From Anaerolineales bacterium (GTDB taxonomy: Bacteria > Chloroflexota > Anaerolineae > Anaerolineales > UBA11579): 64,000 bases of DNA. Location: the NCBI GenBank assembly GCA_025808555.1, contig CP075526.1, positions 696,712 to 760,711 of the forward strand, read 5' to 3'. The position numbers and the translations under genes are program-made. Every line of letters starts with the position of its first letter. The first letter of the stretch is position 1. The notes below the pieces were generated by a model, which did no database searches, was not told where the DNA came from, and saw nothing but the letters and a program-made list of their open reading frames with translations. Positions 1 to 7,681 of the stretch are shown here, in pieces.

Positions 1-2100
1 TCAGAACTGCTCAAGCTGCTGCTCATCATTTACCTGGCGGCTTACCTGGCCGACCGCCAGCCGCTGATGACCGGGCTGCTGCCGCTGCTGGCGCCCACGG
101 CAGTGATGACCGGCGCGGTGTTGTTGTTGCTTATGGTGCAGCGCGATCTCGGCACGGCCTGGGTCTTTATCTTCATTTACACGATCCTGATCTACATCGC
201 CGCGGGCAAGCGGCGTGTACTGCTGGCCAGCGCGCTGGTGCTGATCCTGGCGATGGTGGCCGGCTACGAACTGGTGGGCCTTGTGCATGCCCGCATCGAC
301 AGCTGGCTAAACCCCTGGGTAGACCCGACCAATCGCTCCTACCAGATCGTGCAGGCGCTGATGGCGATCGCCGCCGGCGGCATGTTCGGCCGCGGGCCTG
401 GCCTGGGCAGCCCGGGCTTTGTGCCCGTGGCCCACAGCGACTTTATCTACACCTCCATCGTGGAGGAAAGCGGCCTGCTGGGCGCCATCGCCCTGCTGGC
501 GCTGATCGCCTTCCTGGTGGTACGCGCCCTGCGCATCTCGCTGCATGCTCGGGACGCTTACCAGCGCTATCTGGCCATCGGCCTGGCCGCCTACATCGCC
601 AGCCAGAGTTTGCTGATCATTGGCGGCAACATCCGCATGCTGCCGCTGACCGGCGTCACCCTGCCGTTCGTCTCCTACGGCGGCTCATCCATGCTGGTCT
701 CGTTCTTTGCATTGCTGCTGCTGTCTCTGGTGAGCCATGACGGTGTGCACCGTTCGGCGCCGGTGCTCAACAGCCGCCCCACCCTGATCATTGCCGGGCT
801 GTTGCTGGGCGCGTTCGCCCTGGCGGCCGCCATCACCGGCTGGTGGGGTGTAGTGCGCGGGCCAGACCTACTAACGCGTAACGACAATGCCCGCCGCGGC
901 CTGTCTGACCGTTACGTCTGGCGCGGCGCCCTGCTGGATCGTGACTATGAGCCACTCTCGCGTACCGGCGGCGCGGCCAGCGAGTACACGCGTGACTATG
1001 TTGAACCGAGCCTGGGCAATATTCTGGGCTATTCGCACCCGCAATTCGGCCAGTCTGGCCTGGAAGATGGGCTCGACCCGATCCTGCGTGGCGAAGAACG
1101 CCAGCCAGCCTGGGGCCTATGGATGAGCCATATTCTGTACGGCCAGCCATCGCCCGGGCTGGATGTGCAATTGAGCCTGGACCTGGAGCTGACCCTGTAC
1201 AGCATGCAAGCGCTGGAGGGCCAGCGCGGCGCTGCAGTGGTGATGGATGCGGCCAGCGGTGAAGTGCTGGCAATGGCATCCCAGCCCAGCTTCAATGCCA
1301 GCACTGTGGCTGAAGACTGGCCCGCCCTGCTGGAAAGCGAATATTCGCCATTGATGAACCGCGCCGTGCAAGGCGCCTACCCGCCGGGCGGCGCCCTGGG
1401 GCCATGGCTGCTAGCCGCCGCCCGCAGCCAGGACATACTGCCCGAGCCCAGCGCTGAGACAAGCTATGTGCTGAACGGCGTGACGCTGGAATGCACTCGG
1501 GAACCTGCTCAGCTGGAGTGGGACGCGTTGATCGCAGGTGCGTGCCCGGGCGCGCTGGCGCAGTTGGGCCTGGCGCTGGGCGAGCAGAACCTGCTGGCCC
1601 TGTACAACACGCTGGGCCTATATAGCGCACCCAGCGTGCCGCTGCGCCAGCCGGCGTTCACTGCGCCGGCCAGCCTGCCGCGGCCGGGTGAGGCCGCCAC
1701 CGGCCAGGCAGGGATGCTGGTGAGCCCGCTGCAAATGGCCCGCGTGGCAGCCACGCTGAGCAACGGCGGCCAGCTGCCGGCTGCCCAGCTGGCGCTGGCG
1801 GTGAAAGACGCCAGCGGCGAGTGGCTGCCATATACGGAGGAAGCGGCCGCGCAAGCAGTGCTGACCAGCGCGGCCGCCTTCAGCCAGGCCCAGCGCCTGG
1901 CCGCCAGCGATGAGCCGATATGGGAACTGAGCGCAACCGCGCTCGGCGCCAGCGGGCAACGCTACGCCTGGTACCTGGCCGGCAGCCTGAGCCGCGGCAA
2001 CCAGCCGACCCGCGTGGTGGTCGTGCTGCTGGAGGATGCCAGCCCGGCACGTGCCATGTCCATCGGCCGCGAACTGCTGCTGGCGGCGTTGGATGGATAG
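1..2100 (+). CDS. SEDS (FtsW/RodA) glycosyltransferase fused to a class-B PBP-like domain that lacks catalytic motifs; 5' end outside window
   Basis: The frame is open from base 1 (SELLKLLLIIYLAAYLAD..). SEDS hallmarks are GRGPGLGSPGFVPVAHSDFIYTSIVEE and LPLTGVTLPFVSYGGSS. After the last TM the sequence follows PBP2/FtsI landmarks (VVMDAASGEVLAMASQPSFN, NRAVQGAYPPG, TLSNGG), but SxxK reads GALG and there is no KTG. Confidence 0.85.
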   Translation, partial: SELLKLLLIIYLAAYLADRQPLMTGLLPLLAPTAVMTGAVLLLLMVQRDLGTAWVFIFIYTILIYIAAGKRRVLLASALVLILAMVAGYELVGLVHARIDSWLNPWVDPTNRSYQIVQALMAIAAGGMFGRGPGLGSPGFVPVAHSDFIYTSIVEESGLLGAIALLALIAFLVVRALRISLHARDAYQRYLAIGLAAYIASQSLLIIGGNIRMLPLTGVTLPFVSYGGSSMLVSFFALLLLSLVSHDGVHRSAPVLNSRPTLIIAGLLLGAFALAAAITGWWGVVRGPDLLTRNDNARRGLSDRYVWRGALLDRDYEPLSRTGGAASEYTRDYVEPSLGNILGYSHPQFGQSGLEDGLDPILRGEERQPAWGLWMSHILYGQPSPGLDVQLSLDLELTLYSMQALEGQRGAAVVMDAASGEVLAMASQPSFNASTVAEDWPALLESEYSPLMNRAVQGAYPPGGALGPWLLAAARSQDILPEPSAETSYVLNGVTLECTREPAQLEWDALIAGACPGALAQLGLALGEQNLLALYNTLGLYSAPSVPLRQPAFTAPASLPRPGEAATGQAGMLVSPLQMARVAATLSNGGQLPAAQLALAVKDASGEWLPYTEEAAAQAVLTSAAAFSQAQRLAASDEPIWELSATALGASGQRYAWYLAGSLSRGNQPTRVVVVLLEDASPARAMSIGRELLLAALDG

Positions 2101-2113
2101 AAACTAAGCTGCC

Positions 2114-2662
2114 TTAATTTGCAGGCTCCACAAGATATCTGACAACCGTATTTTGATCGATCACAGGCGGGGCCATGAAGCCGTAGTCGATCCGTACAAT
2201 GCGTCCCTTTGTCACCTGCAAAGTAATACTGGCACCACGGTCGGTGAGGAACACCAGCGCATATTCGCCGCGGGGGTAATTTTCATCGGAGTAGGCCGCA
2301 TCGGAGACTTCGTAAACTGCGTATAAGCTTTCGATCTGGACCCCGTTCCAGCTCTCAATATCGCTCCTGCGGATAAAGTTGCCCTCGGCTCCAAGAAAGG
2401 GCAGCACTTCAACCATAGCGCCTTCGGCCTCGTCGGGCAGGCACTTCGGTGGCCCGCCCAGCCCTTCTGCGTTTGTGCAGTAGGCTGGGGTGAATTCGAT
2501 CAGGGAACGCAACTGGGCAGCATCTCCGCTGAGTGCAATTTCAATAATACTGTCCAGTTCGGCGATCCCTGTTCGCTCGTTGAGCTGAGTTGGAGCGGCA
2601 CACGCAGACACGAAGATAGCGAGGGCAGCAATAACAACGATGCAGGTTCTTTGGTTCGACAT
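2114..2662 (-). CDS. hypothetical lipoprotein
   Basis: AGGAG lies 6 nt upstream of the ATG at 2662. The signal peptide has a lipobox (IVVIAALAIFVSAC). I recognised no family. Confidence 0.6.
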   Translation of the reverse strand: MSNQRTCIVVIAALAIFVSACAAPTQLNERTGIAELDSIIEIALSGDAAQLRSLIEFTPAYCTNAEGLGGPPKCLPDEAEGAMVEVLPFLGAEGNFIRRSDIESWNGVQIESLYAVYEVSDAAYSDENYPRGEYALVFLTDRGASITLQVTKGRIVRIDYGFMAPPVIDQNTVVRYLVEPAN

Positions 2663-2734
2663 GATAGGCTCCTGTTTTTTGTGCAATTGGACTGTTAGGA
2701 AGTACAACGATGGAGCAAACCCAAAAGTTTCTGA

Positions 2735-2763
2735 TTGACAGGCAAGCGTTTACTTGCCATACT
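2735..2763 (+). promoter_or_regulatory. candidate sigma-70-type promoter of the ArsR operon with an operator in the spacer
   Basis: TTGACA (2735-2740), a 17-nt spacer, then CATACT (2758-2763). GTG 2771 lies 7 nt after the -10 box, suggesting a leaderless mRNA. The spacer is the inverted repeat GGCAAG-cgttta-CTTGCC (2741-2758). Confidence 0.5.
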
Positions 2764-2770
2764 CTACTCC

Positions 2771-3049
2771 GTGGACCTGCTCTTCAAGGCACTGGCCGAC
2801 CCAACCCGCAGAAACATTCTTGACGAACTGAGCAAGCACGACGGTCAAACCCTGTTCGAGCTGTGCCAGCGTCTATTGTTTGAGCACAAGGTGGAATCCT
2901 CACGCCAGGCCATATCCCAGCATCTAGATGTGCTCGAGGCGGCAGACCTGATCCGCGTCGAGCGCAAGGGCCGCTACAAATTCCACTTCATAAATACCGA
3001 ACCATTGAAAGCCATCCAGCAGCGCTGGAGCGGCAAGGAGGCTTCATGA
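2771..3049 (+). CDS. ArsR/SmtB-family transcriptional regulator (probably leaderless, GTG start)
   Basis: LFKALADPTRRNILDEL...GQTLFELC...ISQHLDVLEAADLIRVERKGRYKFH is a typical ArsR wHTH. The track start at 2735 is the TTG of a TTGACA -35 box, so GTG 2771 is preferred. The stop overlaps the next gene (ATGA). Confidence 0.8.
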   Translation: MDLLFKALADPTRRNILDELSKHDGQTLFELCQRLLFEHKVESSRQAISQHLDVLEAADLIRVERKGRYKFHFINTEPLKAIQQRWSGKEAS

Positions 3050-3444
3050 GAATTTACATCACCAGCGTCCCCATCTCGGATTACGAGAACGCCGTGTCCT
3101 TTTATACGGAAAAGATGGGCTTTGTGAAGAAGCGCGATGTGGAGATGGGTCACGCCATGCGTTTCATCACCCTGGTCTCGCCCGAGGACCCGGAAGGGCC
3201 GGAGCTGCTGCTGGAGCCCAACGCCGAGCACCGCGGCATCAAGGCCCTGCGTGAAGCGCTGGCCGAGGATGGCATCCCCATCACCTCGTTCGCGGTCAAA
3301 GACTTGGACGCCGAGTACAAACGCCTGAGCGAGCTGGGCGTGCTATTCACGCAGAAGCCCATGCGCCAGGGCGGCTGGTATTCGGCGGTGCTGGATGACA
3401 CCAACGGCAACCTGATCGAGCTGGCCGAAGTGCCGAGCGCGTAA
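3046..3444 (+). CDS. VOC (glyoxalase/bleomycin-resistance) family protein
   Basis: MRIYITSVPISDYENAVSFYTEKMGFVKKRD.. and ..DTNGNLIELAE fit the VOC fold pattern. It is translationally coupled to the ArsR gene. Confidence 0.75.
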   Translation: MRIYITSVPISDYENAVSFYTEKMGFVKKRDVEMGHAMRFITLVSPEDPEGPELLLEPNAEHRGIKALREALAEDGIPITSFAVKDLDAEYKRLSELGVLFTQKPMRQGGWYSAVLDDTNGNLIELAEVPSA

Positions 3445-3446
3445 GC

Positions 3447-3477
3447 AAAAGCCCGTGGCATCACCACGGGCTTTTTA
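3447..3477. terminator. bidirectional intrinsic terminator between convergent VOC genes
   Basis: AAAAGCCCGTGG-catca-CCACGGGCTTTTT has a 12-bp stem flanked by A and T runs. Confidence 0.8.
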
Positions 3478-3495
3478 TTGGCATGCTGGCCTGGC

Positions 3496-3903
3496 TTATG
3501 CGCGGGCGGCCATCATCCAATGCGTGCCAAACTTATCGGTGAGCATGCCCAGCTCCTGGCCCCAGGGTTGCTTCTCGAAAGGCATAAAGACCGCGCCGCC
3601 CTCCGCCAGGGCTTTGAAGTACTCGCTCAGCTTGGCCACATCCGTACCGGCTACGCAGACGCGCACGTTGTCGCCAAAGGTGGTGGTCATGCCCGGCACA
3701 GTGTCGGCGGCGAACAGGGTCAGGAACTCGTTATCCAGTTCGGCGTGCATCACTTTGTGCGCTTCGTTCTCAGGCATCTCGTACATGTCGCGGTAGTAAT
3801 TCACCACCAGTTCGCCCCCGAACACGGCTTTGTAAAACTGCAGGGCCTGATCACAGGTGCCGTCAAACGTAAGGTTGGGCAACAGCTGCACTGCTTGCTT
3901 CAT
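3496..3903 (-). CDS. VOC family protein, PhnB-like
   Basis: LTFDGTCDQALQFYKAVFGGEL...MHAEL...FGDNVRVCV...WGQELGMLTDKFGTHWMM matches the PhnB/3-demethylubiquinone-methyltransferase-like VOC pattern. A GGAG lies upstream of the ATG. Confidence 0.75.
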   Translation of the reverse strand: MKQAVQLLPNLTFDGTCDQALQFYKAVFGGELVVNYYRDMYEMPENEAHKVMHAELDNEFLTLFAADTVPGMTTTFGDNVRVCVAGTDVAKLSEYFKALAEGGAVFMPFEKQPWGQELGMLTDKFGTHWMMAARA

Positions 3904-3915
3904 TGTATATCTCCT

Positions 3916-3951
3916 CTGCTAATATGCAAGTATATACTTGCATATTAGCAG
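3916..3951. promoter_or_regulatory. 36-bp perfect palindrome (operator candidate) just upstream of the PhnB-like gene SD
   Basis: CTGCTAATATGCAAGTAT|ATACTTGCATATTAGCAG has 18-nt arms and no spacer. It contains TATACT/TATATA and lies 13 nt from ATG 3903. Confidence 0.6.
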
Positions 3952-4018
3952 GAGACGGCATAGATGTAAAGGGTAGAAAAATAGAGCGAGCAGCCCTTTT
4001 GCAGCTGTATCTGCGCTT

Positions 4019-5233
4019 CTAAAACTCAACGCGCACGAAGCGGCGCTTGCCGACCTGCAGCACGCCGGCGGCAGGCAGCGGAGCGGCTGGGTCTGTCAGC
4101 GCCTCGCCATCCAAACGGACGCCATTTTGCTCCACCAGGCGACGGCCCTCGCTCTTGCTCTTGACCAAACCAACGGCCAGCAAAATGTCGAGCAAGGATT
4201 GGCTCTTATCCACAGTAAACGTATCCATCGCCGTTGGTACGTCGCCCTGCTGAAATACGCGGTCAAAGTTTTGGCGGGCGGCTGCGGCCGCCTCGGCGCC
4301 GTAGAAGATGCCGGTGATCTCGGCGGCCAGCTCGGCTTTGGCTTCACGCGGGTGTAGGCTGCCGTCGGCGACGGCCGCCTCGCGGCGGGCCACCTCGCTG
4401 GCGTTCCAGCGGGTGGCCAGGCGCATGTAGGCGCCCATGGCCTTATCCGGCACGCTCATCACCTTGCCGAACATGTCGTTGGCGTCGGTATTGAGCGGGA
4501 TATGGTTGCCGAGCGACTTGCTCATCTTGATCTCGCCATCCGTGCCGGGCAGGATACCGAGGATGATGCCAATGTTGGGTTTCTCACCCATGGCGCTCAT
4601 CAGCTTGCGCCCGGCGGTGAGGATATTGAAAAGCTGGTCCGTGCCGCCCACCTGCACATCGGTCTTGAGGGCGTAAGCATCGTAGCCCTGCATGATGGGA
4701 TAGAAGGTCTCGTGCAGGTAAATGGGGTCGCCCTTCTCCCAGCGCAAGTGGAAGTTCTCACGCGTGACGAACTGTTGCAGGGTGAAGTTGGCCGCCAGTT
4801 TGATCAGGTCGGCAAAATCGAGCTTGGAGAGCCATTCGGCGTTGTGGCGCACCTCGGTCTTGTCGCGGTCCAGCACGCGGAAGGCCTGCTCGGCATAGGT
4901 CTGCGCGTTCTGCTCCACTTCTTCGGCGGTTAGCTGGGGACGCAGCTGATCCTTGTCGGACGGGTCGCCGATCAGCGAAGTGAAGCTGCCGATGAGGAAG
5001 ACGACATGGTGCCCAAAATCCTGGAACTGGCGCAGCTTGCGCATGGGGATGGTGTGGCCCAGGTGCAGATCCGTAGTGCGCGGGTCAAAGCCGGCATAGA
5101 CGCGCAACGGGCGGCCGCTGGCCTGCGCCTCGTTGAGGCGCTGGCGCAGCTCGGTCTCCATGGCTTTGGCCAGCTGCGGGTCACCGTATTCGGTGCCCTG
5201 CATCAGAGTTTGGACTTGCTCTTCAATGTTCAT
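4019..5233 (-). CDS. tyrS: tyrosine--tRNA ligase
   Basis: Class I signatures HLGH (HIGH) and KMSKS are present, with a C-terminal S4-like domain (GLVKSKSEGRRLVEQNGVRLDG). Confidence 0.95.
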   Translation of the reverse strand: MNIEEQVQTLMQGTEYGDPQLAKAMETELRQRLNEAQASGRPLRVYAGFDPRTTDLHLGHTIPMRKLRQFQDFGHHVVFLIGSFTSLIGDPSDKDQLRPQLTAEEVEQNAQTYAEQAFRVLDRDKTEVRHNAEWLSKLDFADLIKLAANFTLQQFVTRENFHLRWEKGDPIYLHETFYPIMQGYDAYALKTDVQVGGTDQLFNILTAGRKLMSAMGEKPNIGIILGILPGTDGEIKMSKSLGNHIPLNTDANDMFGKVMSVPDKAMGAYMRLATRWNASEVARREAAVADGSLHPREAKAELAAEITGIFYGAEAAAAARQNFDRVFQQGDVPTAMDTFTVDKSQSLLDILLAVGLVKSKSEGRRLVEQNGVRLDGEALTDPAAPLPAAGVLQVGKRRFVRVEF

Positions 5234-5350
5234 GCTCGACTCCGTTAAACAAAGACGCCCTCGTTGGCGAGGGCGCGCAGATTGCCCGTCACCAGCTCAG
5301 CAGGTCGGGGCGTATGCATATGCCGGGGCAAATTCTGCGTGCATGTTGGC

Positions 5351-5391
5351 ATTATAGCATGCGGGTGACAGCAGAACCGGCGTGCTATAAT
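5351..5391. promoter_or_regulatory. divergent candidate -10 boxes for tyrS (minus) and the HNH gene (plus)
   Basis: TATAAT occurs on the minus strand (5351-5356) and on the plus strand (5386-5391), with GTGACA 15 nt upstream of the plus one. Confidence 0.4.
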
Positions 5392-5414
5392 GCGCAGGTT
5401 GCACCATCACGGCC

Positions 5415-5930
5415 ATGCAACCAAGCTTAAAGGAACTCGTCCTCGTCCTCAACACCAACTACGAACCGATCAACGTTTGCACCATACGCCGCGCCATGGG
5501 TCTGATCTTTTCTGAGAAGGCCTCCATGCTCCAGAACGGCCGCGGCGAGATCCACACGGCTCGTCAGGTGTACCCAGCCCCCTCCGTCATCCGGTTGGAG
5601 CGTATGGTGCGCCGCCCCCGCCCCAAAGTCAAGCTGAACAAGCAGGAAATCTTCCGCCGAGACGGGCATACCTGCCAGTATTGCGGCCGCAAAGATGTGG
5701 AGCTGACCCTCGACCATATCCTGCCGCGCCGCCTGGGCGGCCGTCACAGCTGGGAGAATCTGATCACCGCCTGCCGGGCCTGCAACCACCAAAAAGGCGG
5801 CCGCGTGCTGGAGCACGCCGGCATGCAGCTGCTCAGCCAGCCGCATGCGCCCGCAGCCTCGGCCCAGTACATCTTTGGCCGCTATCTGGCCGAGAACATG
5901 GATTGGAATAGCTTTATCACTGGCTGGTAA
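5415..5930 (+). CDS. HNH endonuclease family protein
   Basis: CQYCGRKDVELTLDHILPRRLGGRHSWENLITACRACNHQKG is an HNH zinc-finger nuclease motif. Confidence 0.85.
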   Translation: MQPSLKELVLVLNTNYEPINVCTIRRAMGLIFSEKASMLQNGRGEIHTARQVYPAPSVIRLERMVRRPRPKVKLNKQEIFRRDGHTCQYCGRKDVELTLDHILPRRLGGRHSWENLITACRACNHQKGGRVLEHAGMQLLSQPHAPAASAQYIFGRYLAENMDWNSFITGW

Positions 5931-5984
5931 GGTGCGCAGCACCTTACCAGCAGTAGCACCGGATTGACTTGCTGCGCACCTTTT
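5931..5984 (+). terminator. possible terminator after the HNH gene
   Basis: GGTGCGCAGC (5931-5940) pairs with GCTGCGCACC (5971-5980), followed by TTTT. The loop is long (30 nt). Confidence 0.4.
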
Positions 5985-5985
5985 A

Positions 5986-6022
5986 GGAGAAGCTACTCGG
6001 CTGCGCCGAGTGACGCTTCTCC
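5986..6022 (+). repeat. 37-nt nested-hairpin repeat, copy 1
   Basis: GGAGAAGCTaCTCGGCtgcGCCGAGtGACGCTTCTCC. The same architecture occurs at 9929-9965. Confidence 0.75.
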
Positions 6023-6047
6023 GCGCCATAGTCTTCCAGGAAGTTCC

Positions 6048-6073
6048 GTGCATCCTGAGCGAAGCGAAGGATC
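6048..6073. repeat. 26-nt repeat GTGCATCCTGAGCGAAGCGAAGGATC
   Basis: Its reverse complement recurs at 26908-26933 (GATCCCTCGCTTCGCTCAGGATGCAC) with one mismatch. Confidence 0.7.
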
Positions 6074-6122
6074 ATCGTGGCCTCAATATAAAAAGTCACG
6101 CGCTGCATAGAAGATTTGCCAG

Positions 6123-6170
6123 CAAGTAACAAAAAAAGGCGGCCTGTTGGCCGCCTTTTTTTGTTACTTG
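6123..6170. terminator. bidirectional intrinsic terminator / 22-bp-arm perfect palindrome overlapping the lgt stop
   Basis: CAAGTAACAAAAAAAGGCGGCC-tgtt-GGCCGCCTTTTTTTGTTACTTG. Confidence 0.8.
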
Positions 6171-6982
6171 CGCTTCTTCTTCTCTGGCCGGGTGTGCCGA
6201 TAGATCAGCGTACCGGCCGCCAGCACCAGCACGACCGCCATCAGGGTCTGGTTGGCGTTGAAACCGCCCACCTGTGAAGCATCCAAACGCAGGAAGTCGA
6301 GCAGGATGCGGATGGTTGGATAGGTGATGAGGTAGGTTAGGAAAATATCGCCCGGCTTGAGCACTTTGCCGTACTTGCGGCCCAGCCAGACCAGGAATAT
6401 GACCGTGACCAGGCTCCACAAAGACTCATACAGAAAGATGGGGTGATAGCGGGCCACGTCGGCGAACTCAGGCAGGCGGTGGACCGGGTCAATGGTGATG
6501 GCCCAGGGCAGATCGCTCGGCGCGCCATAAAGCTCCTGATTAACAAAGTTGCCCCAGCGACCGATGGCTTGGCCGAGGGCCAGCGGAGCGGCGATGACAT
6601 CCAGCCAGGCGGGCAACTTCTCGCCGTGCCTGCGGGCCATGATGTACAGCGCGATCACGCCGCCCACCACCGCGCCGGGGATGCCCAGGCCGCCGCGCCA
6701 CACCGCAATCGCATCCAGCGGGTGGGTGAGATAGTACATGGTGGTGACGCCCGCCTCCACCATGCTGGGCGGCGGAGTGAGGATGTGCCACAGACGAGCG
6801 CCAATGATGCCGCCCAGCACGATCCACAGCAGGCTATCCCAGATGAATTCGCTGTTCATCTTGCGTTCCTTGGCGATGCGCTCGCCCAGGTAGGCCGCGG
6901 CGATCACGCCGCTCATCAGGATCAGGCCGTAGAAGTGGATCGTGAGCGGCCCGATATAAATTGCAGTTTGGTCAATTGACAT
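6164..6982 (-). CDS. lgt: prolipoprotein diacylglyceryl transferase
   Basis: IHFYGLILMSGV, GARLWHI, WRGGLGIPGAVVGG and GRWGNFVNQELYG are Lgt signature blocks. Confidence 0.92.
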   Translation of the reverse strand: MSIDQTAIYIGPLTIHFYGLILMSGVIAAAYLGERIAKERKMNSEFIWDSLLWIVLGGIIGARLWHILTPPPSMVEAGVTTMYYLTHPLDAIAVWRGGLGIPGAVVGGVIALYIMARRHGEKLPAWLDVIAAPLALGQAIGRWGNFVNQELYGAPSDLPWAITIDPVHRLPEFADVARYHPIFLYESLWSLVTVIFLVWLGRKYGKVLKPGDIFLTYLITYPTIRILLDFLRLDASQVGGFNANQTLMAVVLVLAAGTLIYRHTRPEKKKRK

Positions 6983-6991
6983 GGAAACTCC

Positions 6992-7645
6992 TTACTTGCG
7001 AGGCTTGCGCGCTACGCCCCGTTTGCCGGGCGCGGCGGCTTTGGCCGCAGGCAGCTTGCGCGCTTCGCTGCGCACATGCCAGATGCGTTGAATAGCAGTG
7101 AGGTTTGCACCAATGGCGATGATGCTGACGCCGATCAGCGGGATATTGAATAACAGCGTAGGTCCAAGGATGAAATAGCGCTCCACCCGGCTGAGCAGGC
7201 CCACTTTGGCCTCCAGCCCAACGCTTTGAGCGCGCGCACGAATGTACGAGACCAATACCGAGCCAAAAGCGCCCAGGTAGCTGGCCACCGCCAGCCAGTG
7301 GTTGTTGTTGAGGCTGGCCCACCACAGCAGGCCACCGTAGACCACCAGCTCGCCGTAGCGGTCACTGACCGAGTCGACAAAGGCGCCGAATTCCTGCGAT
7401 TCGCCGCGGCGGCGGGCCAGGGCGCCATCCAGGGCATCGAAGGGCGTCATGAGCAGCACCATCAAGCCCGCCATCGAAAAATTGCCCTGGGCGGCGAACC
7501 AGGCGCCGACCGAGATGCCCAAAAAGCCCACGATGGTGAGCATGTTGGGGGTGACGCCGAGTTTGTCCAGAAGTTCAACGGTGGGATTGATAAGCCAGGC
7601 AAAACTAATGCGCAGGCGGTCAGTGAAGGTTATGGGGTCGCGCAT
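6992..7645 (-). CDS. CDP-alcohol phosphatidyltransferase family protein
   Basis: The motif DALDGALARRRGESQEFGAFVDSVSDRYGE equals D-G-x2-A-R-x8-G-x3-D-x3-D. The protein is polytopic. Confidence 0.85.
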   Translation of the reverse strand: MRDPITFTDRLRISFAWLINPTVELLDKLGVTPNMLTIVGFLGISVGAWFAAQGNFSMAGLMVLLMTPFDALDGALARRRGESQEFGAFVDSVSDRYGELVVYGGLLWWASLNNNHWLAVASYLGAFGSVLVSYIRARAQSVGLEAKVGLLSRVERYFILGPTLLFNIPLIGVSIIAIGANLTAIQRIWHVRSEARKLPAAKAAAPGKRGVARKPRK

Positions 7646-7681
7646 GGAAGGATTGTATGCTACTGGAGCGCACGCGCGGTG

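Noticed and set aside
5234-5414. T-box riboswitch upstream of tyrS
   Set aside because: The leader is only about 110 nt from the likely -10 box. I found no T-box consensus and no Stem I features by eye. It is kept only as a low-interest hairpin finding.
5415-5930. HNH endonuclease as a marker of a mobile element, homing endonuclease or phage
   Set aside because: There are no flanking repeats, intein or intron context, terminase, integrase or other phage genes. It appears to be a stand-alone chromosomal HNH protein with its own promoter.
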